Positions 9,678 through 18,094 of a stretch of 64,000 bases of DNA are shown in pieces. How positions within the stretch are numbered: the first letter of the stretch is position 1; each line of letters opens with the position of its first letter. This DNA comes from Polyangiaceae bacterium (lineage in GTDB: Bacteria > Myxococcota_A > Polyangia > Polyangiales > Polyangiaceae). Both the position numbers and the translations under genes were made by a program. Where the stretch lies: positions 105,328 to 169,327 of the forward strand of contig JBILLK010000023.1 in the NCBI GenBank assembly GCA_044376115.1, written 5' to 3'. The notes beneath the pieces were generated by a model. The model saw only the letters and a program-made list of their open reading frames with translations. It did not search any database and was not told where the DNA came from.

Positions 9678-10273
9678 ACCCCGGGTGCGGCTCCGCGGAA
9701 CCGCTCGCTGGGATCGCGTGTGCGGTGCTGCTCGCAGGCTGCTCCTTGCCGGTGATGCCGAAGCACGCGGCTCCACCGCACCCGCCCGACGCGCTCGTGC
9801 AGGAGGTGTTCGTCCGGATCGATTCAGACGCTCCAGGTGCGGCGCTGGTTCGCACGGGCGAACAGGACGGGGTCGAATGTGTGGCGCCATGCCTGCGCAA
9901 CGTCGTGATTCGACAGAGCACGTTCTACGAGCTGCACGCACCGGGGCAACTGCCGACGAGCCCGTTCTCGGCGTACTCCGCCGAAGATAAGGCGCTCTGG
10001 CTCACGCACGAAGGCGTGGCACCGTCGCTCAAGTGGGGGTTCGGTGCGGCCACCGTGGTATCGGGCACGCTGGGGCTTGTACTTCTCGTCACCGGTGGCG
10101 CGATGAACACGCAGGCGGTAAGGCGCGATACTCCGGATTTGCCGCTCGGGCTGGGCGTATCCGGCCTGATCTTGGGCCTGCCGATCTGCGCGCTCTTCGG
10201 CGGGCTGACGGCCGCTTATTCGGACAGCCGCTACGACTTCAAGGACCCGGCCTTGCCGGGCTTCCGCTTCTGA
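9674..10273 (+). CDS. Hypothetical membrane lipoprotein, architecture similar to the upstream gene
   Basis: Lipobox LAGC, CVAPC motif, two C-terminal hydrophobic segments; TTGA overlap. Confidence 0.55.
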   Translation: MNPGCGSAEPLAGIACAVLLAGCSLPVMPKHAAPPHPPDALVQEVFVRIDSDAPGAALVRTGEQDGVECVAPCLRNVVIRQSTFYELHAPGQLPTSPFSAYSAEDKALWLTHEGVAPSLKWGFGAATVVSGTLGLVLLVTGGAMNTQAVRRDTPDLPLGLGVSGLILGLPICALFGGLTAAYSDSRYDFKDPALPGFRF

Positions 10274-10298
10274 TCGAAGCGCCAACCCGGAGAGCCGC

Positions 10299-10817
10299 TC
10301 AGCCGGCCCGCTCAGCGGGTGGCTTGTCGAGTTCGAAGGCGTCATGCAAAGCGTTCACTGCGAGCTCGGTGTACTTGGTCGCGACCAAGCAGGAGACGCG
10401 GATCTCGCTGGTCGAGATCGCCTGAATGTTGATGCCGTGATCCGCCAGCGTGCGGAACATCTTGGCGGCGACTCCCGCGTGCGAACGCATGCCCAAACCC
10501 ACGATGCTGATCTTGGCGATGTCCTCGTCGAAGCGAACCGACTCAGCGCCGACCTTCTTGGCGATGGCGTCAATCACGTCTCGCACCCGCGTGAGATCCG
10601 TCTTGCCCGCCGTGAAGGTAACGTCGGTGGAGAGCGAGGCTGCGCCGCTGCGATCCGCGACCGACACGTTCTGAATGATCATGTCGACCGAGACGTTGTG
10701 CTCCGCGAGCTTGCCGAAGATATCGGCGACCACACCCGGTTGATCGCGCACGCCCACCAACATGACGCGCGCTTCATTCTTGTCGTAGGCAATGCCCGTG
10801 ACCACGACCTCTTCCAA
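10299..10817 (-). CDS. Putative nested in-frame aspartate kinase beta (regulatory ACT) subunit
   Basis: Internal GGGGGAG SD (10830-10824), 6 nt before an in-frame TTG (10817) at the catalytic/ACT boundary (LEEVVVTGIAYDKNEA). Confidence 0.6.
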   Translation of the reverse strand: MEEVVVTGIAYDKNEARVMLVGVRDQPGVVADIFGKLAEHNVSVDMIIQNVSVADRSGAASLSTDVTFTAGKTDLTRVRDVIDAIAKKVGAESVRFDEDIAKISIVGLGMRSHAGVAAKMFRTLADHGINIQAISTSEIRVSCLVATKYTELAVNALHDAFELDKPPAERAG

Positions 10818-11597
10818 ATCCGACTCCCCCGTGACCACGGTGCCCGGCGAGGACGAGAAAGAGCTTCGGACATGCACCGGCACACCATGTTTCATAGCCA
10901 TCTCCACACTTCGAATCTGAAGGACTTTGGCGCCGAGCGACGCGAGCTCGAGCATTTCTTCGTGACTGATCTTGTCGATCTTGCGCGCCTTGCTGCATAC
11001 GTTCGGATCGGTCGTGTAAACGCCGTCCACGTCGGTGAAGATCTCGCACACGCTCGCCGACAAGGCTGCCGCCACGGCGACGGCGCTGGTGTCGCTGCCG
11101 CCGCGACCGAGCGTGGTGATGTTGCCGTCTTCATCCACGCCTTGGAACCCGGCGACGACAGCGATCTCCCCGGCGTCGAGCGACTGAAAGACGCGCGCGC
11201 CGTCGATCGTCCGAATACGCGCTTTGGTGAAGGAGTTGTCGGTGAGGATCTTGAGCTGGTGCCCGAGGTAGCTGCGCGCGCGCCCGCCTTGCGACTGAAT
11301 GGCCATGGCCATCAGCGCGCTCGCGACCTGCTCCCCAGTGGCCGACAAAGCGTCGAGCTCGCGAGCATCGGGGATCGGCGTCACGTCACGGGCCAGGCGC
11401 AACAAGCGGTCTGTCTCCCCGGACATCGCGCTCACGATCACCACCACGCGGTTGCCCTCGGCCTGTGCCGCGAGCGCCCGACCGGCGGCCGAACGGATGC
11501 GCTCCACGGTGCCCATCGAGGTGCCACCAAACTTCTGAACGACGATTGACTCGGAGCTGGTCACTTCGCGTGCAGCATGCCTCGTCCTCAGGCTCAA
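10299..11597 (-). CDS. lysC: Aspartate kinase (monofunctional, two ACT domains); start may be GTG at 11564
   Basis: VQKFGGTS, VSAM, TTLGRGGSDTSAV, DVDGVYTTDP, GAKVL, ISTSEI. Confidence 0.95.
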   Translation of the reverse strand: MSLRTRHAAREVTSSESIVVQKFGGTSMGTVERIRSAAGRALAAQAEGNRVVVIVSAMSGETDRLLRLARDVTPIPDARELDALSATGEQVASALMAMAIQSQGGRARSYLGHQLKILTDNSFTKARIRTIDGARVFQSLDAGEIAVVAGFQGVDEDGNITTLGRGGSDTSAVAVAAALSASVCEIFTDVDGVYTTDPNVCSKARKIDKISHEEMLELASLGAKVLQIRSVEMAMKHGVPVHVRSSFSSSPGTVVTGESDLEEVVVTGIAYDKNEARVMLVGVRDQPGVVADIFGKLAEHNVSVDMIIQNVSVADRSGAASLSTDVTFTAGKTDLTRVRDVIDAIAKKVGAESVRFDEDIAKISIVGLGMRSHAGVAAKMFRTLADHGINIQAISTSEIRVSCLVATKYTELAVNALHDAFELDKPPAERAG

Positions 11598-11647
11598 TTA
11601 CAAGCCCGCCTTGTCAGCTGCCGTGAGCGCGGCGATAGTTCGCCGCG

Positions 11648-12565
11648 ATGGACCATGCTCGCGGCACGACCGGCAACCCGCTCGATGATTTCGTAGGGCG
11701 CTGCGGCTTCGACCAACTGTGGGCGCAAGGCCGCGATGGCACCCGCATTCGAGTCGTGCGCGCCGGAGCAGGCAATCGCAAACGCGTGCTCTGCCTGCAC
11801 GGCTTTCCGCAAAACGCAGCCGCGTGGCGCAAGCTCGGCGTGTTGCTCGCCGATTCCTTCGAGGTGCTGATGCCCGACCTGCGCGGCTTCGGTCGTTCGG
11901 ACCACGCGGTGAGCGGCGCGTACGATCTCGATACGCTGGCCGATGACGTCGAGCGCGTTGCGCTCGCAACCGACCACGGCCGCGAGCCCCAGCTGACCTT
12001 GGTCGCGCATGATTGGGGCGGACCGATCGCTTGGCGATTTCTCGAGCAGCACCCAGCGCGCGTTTCCCACTTCGTCTGCGTCAACGGGCCCCACGCGAAG
12101 GTCTACGCCAAAGAGCTGCGCGACAACCCTGAGCAACGGCGGGGCGCGTGGTACACCGCGCTTTTCCAGATACCCAAGATTGAGCATCTTTTGGCGGCCG
12201 GAGGCGCGCAAGCCCTGGTCAACGTGCTGCTCAAGAGCTCCAACGTAGGCACCTTCAGCGAAGAAGACCTGGTGCTCTACATCGAGCCGCTGTCCAACCC
12301 CGAGCGGCTGCGCGCGGCGCTCTCCTACTACCGAGCCGGCGCGCGCGCCCTGTTCAGCGCCATCGCCACCGAAGCCACGCCGCTTCAAACCCCGACCACG
12401 CTGCTTTGGGGAGAGCAGGATCAAGCTTTACGCTTTTCGATCTGCGAGCGCATCGTGCGCGAGGTCGTCCCGCACGCAACGGTGCGTCGACTACCGAACG
12501 GAACGCATTGGGTCCCCGACGAAAGCCCCGAGGAGATCGCCGCGATCGTTCGGGCGCACGGCTGA
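11648..12565 (+). CDS. Alpha/beta hydrolase, epoxide hydrolase-like
   Basis: LHGFP, DLRGFGRS, HDWGG nucleophile Asp, YYRA, C-terminal His (THW). Confidence 0.85.
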   Translation: MDHARGTTGNPLDDFVGRCGFDQLWAQGRDGTRIRVVRAGAGNRKRVLCLHGFPQNAAAWRKLGVLLADSFEVLMPDLRGFGRSDHAVSGAYDLDTLADDVERVALATDHGREPQLTLVAHDWGGPIAWRFLEQHPARVSHFVCVNGPHAKVYAKELRDNPEQRRGAWYTALFQIPKIEHLLAAGGAQALVNVLLKSSNVGTFSEEDLVLYIEPLSNPERLRAALSYYRAGARALFSAIATEATPLQTPTTLLWGEQDQALRFSICERIVREVVPHATVRRLPNGTHWVPDESPEEIAAIVRAHG

Positions 12566-12582
12566 CAGTGCGCACCTCGGTC

Positions 12583-13794
12583 TCAGTGGATCAGCGGGTG
12601 CTGCCTTATCACCCAAGCTTGCTCCTCGGAGATGAGCGTGCTGCCTGAGAGCGTCACGTTGTAGAACATCAAGTAGTCGTCGGAGTTGGCCTCGTCGGTG
12701 TCGGGAATGTTGTCGAAGATGCCGGGGATCGGCTCGGCGGTGTGGAACAGCCCCAAGAAGTGCCCCGCCTCGTGCGCGCCAACCAGGGCCCAGTCCTCCG
12801 GATACTCGTCTTTCGCCCAGGTCGCGATCAGCACACCGTCCTTGGTTGCGAACGGTAAGCCAGGCGTTCCGTTCGACAGCCCCGCAAGCGAAGCCCCGAC
12901 ATCGACCTCCCCCACCTTGCAGGCGAAGGCGTCGACGAACACCAGATGAAGCGCCCCTGGTGCCGGTGCGACGCTATCAAAGACCTCGCTCACTTGGCCG
13001 GTGAGACACGCGCTGCCGAGTTCGATCGGGGTCTGCAGCTGACTCGCGTTATCGCGGTACTCCACGTTACCCAGCGCAATGCCTGCATCGGCGAGAGACG
13101 CTGCGAGCTTCTCGCGAAGCCGTGCCAACGCTGGGTCGGTGGGAGCGCTCGCCGCCTCGAGGTTGCTCGAGGCATCGAAGGTCATCACCACGTCGAGCAC
13201 GCCTTGCGCCGGAGGGGCGACGTTGCGTTTGACGACACCGACGCGCAGCTTGCCTTCGAGCGGGACCGGCAAAAGCCGACCAACGCTATCGAGCTCGAGA
13301 CGCACGCTCGTCATACGGAAACTGTACGTCCCGCGCTTCAACGCAATCGCGGGTGTGTTCGGTACCAGCGAGGCGTTTGCGCGGGGTCGACCGAGCGATC
13401 GATTGGGCGACATCGCAGGCCCAGGAAACCCCGCGAAGTAGTTCGCGGTGCGCAGGTCGACCTCGCGCTCTGGCTCCACGAGCAAGGCACCTTCGGGGTC
13501 TACCACCGCGAGCGTTTGAACGAAGCTGCCTTCACTGCCAACGCCCACGATGAAGAAGCTCTGCGTCTCTTCGCCTACCTCGAAGGAGAGGTCGGGGGTC
13601 TCGCCCTCCGCTAGCTCAACCTCCCCAAAGTCGATGAGTTCGAAGCCTGCGGGGAGGTCGGCCGGAAAGCGCCCAGCGACCTCGAGCGGCGCTGAAACCT
13701 CTTCGCAGTTCGACTCCAACTCACACTCCTCATCCGCTCTGCACGCAGCGTGAAGGGCGATCGCTGCGACCAAAGCCACGTTGCACCAGCGCAT
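12583..13794 (-). CDS. Secreted metzincin-type zinc metalloprotease lipoprotein (M43-like)
   Basis: HEAGHFLGLFH zinc motif plus YLM Met-turn; signal ending HAAC. Confidence 0.7.
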   Translation of the reverse strand: MRWCNVALVAAIALHAACRADEECELESNCEEVSAPLEVAGRFPADLPAGFELIDFGEVELAEGETPDLSFEVGEETQSFFIVGVGSEGSFVQTLAVVDPEGALLVEPEREVDLRTANYFAGFPGPAMSPNRSLGRPRANASLVPNTPAIALKRGTYSFRMTSVRLELDSVGRLLPVPLEGKLRVGVVKRNVAPPAQGVLDVVMTFDASSNLEAASAPTDPALARLREKLAASLADAGIALGNVEYRDNASQLQTPIELGSACLTGQVSEVFDSVAPAPGALHLVFVDAFACKVGEVDVGASLAGLSNGTPGLPFATKDGVLIATWAKDEYPEDWALVGAHEAGHFLGLFHTAEPIPGIFDNIPDTDEANSDDYLMFYNVTLSGSTLISEEQAWVIRQHPLIH

Positions 13795-13935
13795 CCTTCT
13801 CTCCTGGCCGCAACGCTAGCGAGCTACAAAAGGCCGCTCAACCCCGCGCCGGTCCCTCATCAAGGGCTTTGATTTGCGGCCAATGAGCAATATCCAGGAA
13901 TGTCGACTCCGCTGCCGGGTCGAATCCGTGCTCCA

Positions 13936-15825
13936 TCAGCTAGCCTTGGGCGCCGCCGGCAACAGCTGACGCAAACGAAAGGCCATTGCGTGGTTGCGCC
14001 GCTCGGCCTCGACCAGCTTGTCGGTGGCCTTCCCGACCAAGACGAAGATGGCGAAGGGCTGCGCCGCAGTGACCAGCGTCATCACCAGGAGCGTTGCGAT
14101 GGGTGGGTCAAACTCGAGCAGCTCCGAGCGCACGATCAAGGCGCCCTGTTGAAACGAGTACGGGTTGTGCGTCACGCCGGTGAGCGCGAGCAGCATCGGT
14201 ACCACCACCGAGGCGACCGACAGCCCGAGCAGGAGCCACTTGGTCTCGCGGGTGGCGCGCAAACTGACGAGGAAGGACGCGGCTAGAACCGCTGCCCAGC
14301 CGGGGATCGCGATCAGCGGCCCAGCGAAGGCGCTGGTCATCCCCAACAAGGTGAAGTTTGCGACAATCGCGATGCGCATGAAGCGCGGCTGTACATTGCC
14401 AGTCGCAAACATCCAGCCGCCGTATACAAACAAGGAGCTCACGCCCAAAACTGCGGCGAGGGTGAGCGCCGTGTTCTTCGTCCCCCAGAACAGGAAGAAC
14501 ATCATGATGAAGAGCCAGACAGCATACCCAGCAACGGCGAACTTGCTGTTCTCGCGGCGATCCGCGAGCGCAACCTGCTTGAGCTCCTGCAACGCCTCCG
14601 GCGGCAAAGCGTTGCTATCGGAGAAGACCAGCTCCGACACCAAGCGCAGCGCCTTTTCGTTGGTCGGATCCAGAGCCAGCGCACGCCCTAACGCCTGCAT
14701 GCCGCGCTCACGCTGCTCGGAACCACCGCCCTCGGCGACGGCCGTGAGCAGCTTTGTGGCGTTGACGAGGTGCTCTTCCGCCGAGCGCTTGCGTAGCTCC
14801 GCGTCCCGCTCGCCATCCAGAAACTCCTCCAGTTGGCGCGAAAACTCGCGCGCCGAGTTGAAGCGTTCCTTGCTGCTGGCCGCGGTTGCACGTCGGCAAA
14901 TTGCGTCGAGCTCCGGTGGCACCTCGAGCTGGGGAAAGCGCGCGAGCGGCTGCGCGACCGGATTGGCCAGCGTGGAAAGCAAGAGGCTCTGCGCCGTTGC
15001 ACCTTCATGCGCCATTGCGCCGGTGAGGATCTCGAACAAGATGCAGCCGAGCGCGTAAACATCGGAGGCCGGCCCGACCTCGCCGACCTCGCCGCGCACT
15101 TGCTCAGGCGACATGTAGCCGGGCGTGCCGATCAAAGCGCCGGCTTGCGTAGCGTGCGCCATGTCCGAAGCGACGGCCTCCACGGGCTCGGCCGACTCCG
15201 CGCCGAGCTTGGCCACCCCCCAATCGAGTACGTACACCTCGCCGAACTCCCCGAGCATGATGTTCTCGGGCTTGAGGTCGCGGTGCACCACGCCGCGCGC
15301 ATGCGCGAAGGCAACGGCCTGGCTCGCTTGTGAAAGCAACGCCACCAACTTGCGTTGACTCAGCTCTTCGCCGCGCGGCTGCCAGGACGGCTTGACCCCA
15401 GCGTCGATCAGCTCGTCGAGCGCGTCTCGCAGCGTTTTGCCGCCGATCCGCTTCATCGTAAAGTACGGCTGGCCATCAGCGTTCGCCGCCAGATCGTAAA
15501 CCGGCACGATGCTCGGATGCTCGAGTTGGCCCTGCAAACGCGCCTCACGCAGGAAGCGCGTGTGGCCCTCAGTACCATCGCTCACGCGCACCTTCATCAC
15601 CTTCATCGCCACTTCACGGCCCAGGAAGGCGTCCTGACAAAGGTGAACCTCTCCCATGCCGCCGGCTCCGAGCAGCTTGCGTGGCGTGTAACGAGTTCCA
15701 GCCAACGCCGCAGGCTCGGCATCGATCGCCCCACGTGCTGACTCGAAGAACGCGGGGAGCGTCTCCGAGGTGCCGAGAGGGATGGTCGGATGTTCCGCAT
15801 CCGGGGGCCGCGCGCTGTCTCTCAT
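13936..15825 (-). CDS. Hanks-type Ser/Thr protein kinase with a C-terminal multi-TM domain
   Basis: GAGGMG, VAMK, HRDLKPEN, DWG, GTPGYMSPE, DVYALG; about 5-6 hydrophobic helices at the C-terminus. Confidence 0.9.
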   Translation of the reverse strand: MRDSARPPDAEHPTIPLGTSETLPAFFESARGAIDAEPAALAGTRYTPRKLLGAGGMGEVHLCQDAFLGREVAMKVMKVRVSDGTEGHTRFLREARLQGQLEHPSIVPVYDLAANADGQPYFTMKRIGGKTLRDALDELIDAGVKPSWQPRGEELSQRKLVALLSQASQAVAFAHARGVVHRDLKPENIMLGEFGEVYVLDWGVAKLGAESAEPVEAVASDMAHATQAGALIGTPGYMSPEQVRGEVGEVGPASDVYALGCILFEILTGAMAHEGATAQSLLLSTLANPVAQPLARFPQLEVPPELDAICRRATAASSKERFNSAREFSRQLEEFLDGERDAELRKRSAEEHLVNATKLLTAVAEGGGSEQRERGMQALGRALALDPTNEKALRLVSELVFSDSNALPPEALQELKQVALADRRENSKFAVAGYAVWLFIMMFFLFWGTKNTALTLAAVLGVSSLFVYGGWMFATGNVQPRFMRIAIVANFTLLGMTSAFAGPLIAIPGWAAVLAASFLVSLRATRETKWLLLGLSVASVVVPMLLALTGVTHNPYSFQQGALIVRSELLEFDPPIATLLVMTLVTAAQPFAIFVLVGKATDKLVEAERRNHAMAFRLRQLLPAAPKAS

Positions 15826-15975
15826 GGGGCCATCCTAGACCGGAGTGAGCCTCGCCCAACGCTGTCAGCAAAACAGATTTGCTCGTTACTTGACCGACGC
15901 AAACTCGACGGTTTCGTCAAGGGCGCGAGAAATACACGGGAATAGAAGGCTGTTTTCGTCGTTTTGGGGGACCGG

Positions 15976-16003
15976 TTGACAGCGATCGGTCCCGAATTAG
16001 GAT
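15976..16003 (+). promoter_or_regulatory. Sigma70-like promoter of the ABC operon, with an inverted repeat around the -35 box
   Basis: TTGACA-N16-TAGGAT; GGGACCG (15968-15974) and CGGTCCC (15987-15993) flank the -35. Confidence 0.55.
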
Positions 16004-16082
16004 GCCGCCCGCTCAGCCCCCACACACACACAGCTTACGGGGGAGCCCTCGCGGAACAGAACCGCGAACGACGGAGGATGCT

Positions 16083-17354
16083 TTGGCGAACGACGTGATG
16101 ATCGAGGTGAAAAACCTCAGCAAGATGTACGGGGGCTTCCGCGCACTGGACCGCGTTAGCTTCCAAGTCCGTCGCGGAGAGGTCGTTGGGTTCCTGGGCC
16201 CGAACGGCGCCGGCAAGTCGACGACGATGCGAATCTTGACCTGCTTCCTGTCGGCTAGCGACGGAGTGGCTCGAGTTCACGGCATCGACGTGTTCGACAA
16301 CCCGCTGGAGGTCAGGCGCAAGCTTGGTTACCTCCCGCAACGGGCGCCGCTCTACGGCGAGATGCGCGTTTGGGACTACCTGCGTTTCTGCGCAGATATG
16401 CGCGGACTTTCCGAGTCCACCTTCAAGTCGCGGATGAAGCGCGTGGTGGAGGTTTGCGGTCTAGCGAAGGTGCTCGGGAAAGACATTCGCACGCTCTCCC
16501 ACGGCTATCGGCAACGCGTCGGCCTCGGTCAGGCGCTGGTGCACGAGCCGCCGATCCTCATCCTCGACGAGCCCACGAGCGATCTCGATCCGAACGAAAA
16601 GGCCGAGGTCATTCGCTACATCCAAGAGATCGGCAAGAACCACACGGTGCTGCTCTCGACCCACAACCTGAATGAGGTCGAGGCCGCCTGCGCCCGCGCC
16701 ATCATCGTGTCGAAGGGTCGCGTGGTTGCAGACGGGCCGCTCGACGAAATTCGCGCCAAGAGCGGCGTTGGCCGCTACGTAATCACGGTCGAGGAGAAGC
16801 GCGCTCGCGAAGGCTTCAAAGCCCCCACGGCGCAAGAGGCTCACGAGGCCCTGCGCGCCATCAAGGGCGTGACCGGCGTTCAAGAGCTCCCCACCGACGA
16901 CCGCGCGCACGCCTTCCAGTTGAACGCGCCGCACGGGGTGGACCTGCGCGCCGACCTGTTCCAGCTGATCCTGCAAAAGGGCTGGATGCTGCTCGAGATG
17001 CGCCGTGAGTCGCAGACCCTCGAGGACGTCTTCAAGGCCCTCACGCGCGGCGACGAGCGTGCGGACCGAGGCCTCGCCGCCCTTGTCGGGGAGTCCTTCT
17101 CCCCCGACGAAGATGAGGATGATGAGGACGAAGACGAGGACGAGGACGAAGACGAGCAGGAAGACGAGAAGCCGGCCGCCAAAGCCAAGGCACCGTTGAA
17201 GCCCGCTCCGAAGAAGGAAGAGCCGAAGAAGGCCCCGCCGAAAGCTGAAGAGGAAGACGACGAGGACGAAGAAGACGACGAGGACGAAGAAGACGACGAG
17301 GACGAGGACGAAGAAGAAGAGAAGCCGGCCGCCAAAAAGGGAGCAAAGAAATGA
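16083..17354 (+). CDS. ABC transporter ATP-binding protein (GldA-like) with a long acidic/Lys-rich tail
   Basis: GGAGG RBS plus TTG start; GPNGAGKST, LSHGY, LILDEP, STH; D/E-rich C-terminus. Confidence 0.9.
   Translation: MANDVMIEVKNLSKMYGGFRALDRVSFQVRRGEVVGFLGPNGAGKSTTMRILTCFLSASDGVARVHGIDVFDNPLEVRRKLGYLPQRAPLYGEMRVWDYLRFCADMRGLSESTFKSRMKRVVEVCGLAKVLGKDIRTLSHGYRQRVGLGQALVHEPPILILDEPTSDLDPNEKAEVIRYIQEIGKNHTVLLSTHNLNEVEAACARAIIVSKGRVVADGPLDEIRAKSGVGRYVITVEEKRAREGFKAPTAQEAHEALRAIKGVTGVQELPTDDRAHAFQLNAPHGVDLRADLFQLILQKGWMLLEMRRESQTLEDVFKALTRGDERADRGLAALVGESFSPDEDEDDEDEDEDEDEDEQEDEKPAAKAKAPLKPAPKKEEPKKAPPKAEEEDDEDEEDDEDEEDDEDEDEEEEKPAAKKGAKK
17253..17306 (+). repeat. 18-bp coding tandem repeat x3 (EDDEDE)
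   Basis: GAAGACGACGAGGACGAA repeated three times, last copy imperfect. Confidence 0.85.
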
Positions 17355-18085
17355 GCGCCACTCTCACCATCGCCAAACGTGAATTGCGGGCGAACTTCGA
17401 CACCGCCGTTCCCTACGTCGTGCTTTGCCTCGGCTTGCCGCTCTTGGCGCTGCTCTTCTTCCGCTCGTCGAACGGCTTTTGGCAGGCGAACCGAGCGAGC
17501 CTCGAGTCGCTGATCCTTTACGTCTCGCGTGGTGTCGCCGTGATGGCCAGCGTGCTGACCATGAGGGTCATGGCGGAAGAGCGTCGCAGCGGCACGCTCG
17601 AGATGCTGATCACCCTGCCGGTGAAGGACCACCAAGTGATCCTCGGCAAGTTCCTCGGCACCTGGGCGGTCGTTCTGCTCGGCGTCGCTGGGACGCTGCT
17701 GTTTCCGCTGATGATGTTCGGTTGGCCGTGGAAGCTCGGCCCGCTCGACTGGGGTCCGCTCTGGGTTGGTTACTTGGGCATCGTGCTTTCGAGCGCTGCC
17801 ACGGTGGCGGTCGGCATGCTGATTTCCTCGCTCACCGAGAGTCAGGTCATCGCCTTCTTCGTCACCTTCGCGGTCACGCTGGTGCTCCACCTGAGCGGCA
17901 TGTTCGTCGACTCGATCGACTACCCGCCGCTGCGCTTGACGCTGGCCTTCGTCAGCTTCGACGCACGCATCGCCACCTTGGCTCGCGGGCTCGTGACTAC
18001 GCGAGACCTTCTCTACTTCGTTTCAATCGCCGTCATCGCGCTGATGGCCTCCTTTCACGCGCTCGAGCGCCGCAAGTGGGCGTGA
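17351..18085 (+). CDS. ABC-2 type permease (GldF-like)
   Basis: TMRxxAEERRSGTLEML, GKFLG, SSLTESQVIA; 6 TM segments. Confidence 0.88.
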   Translation: MSATLTIAKRELRANFDTAVPYVVLCLGLPLLALLFFRSSNGFWQANRASLESLILYVSRGVAVMASVLTMRVMAEERRSGTLEMLITLPVKDHQVILGKFLGTWAVVLLGVAGTLLFPLMMFGWPWKLGPLDWGPLWVGYLGIVLSSAATVAVGMLISSLTESQVIAFFVTFAVTLVLHLSGMFVDSIDYPPLRLTLAFVSFDARIATLARGLVTTRDLLYFVSIAVIALMASFHALERRKWA

Positions 18086-18094
18086 GGTTTTACG

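Noticed and set aside
10344..11549. 401-aa plus-strand ORF
   Set aside because: Antisense shadow of lysC.
13860..13936. tRNA-like 3' end (GGGTCGAATCCG...CCA)
   Set aside because: No TTC T-loop, acceptor stem or cloverleaf could be built.
16021..16032. (CA)6 microsatellite in the ABC 5' leader
   Set aside because: Too short to support a regulatory claim.
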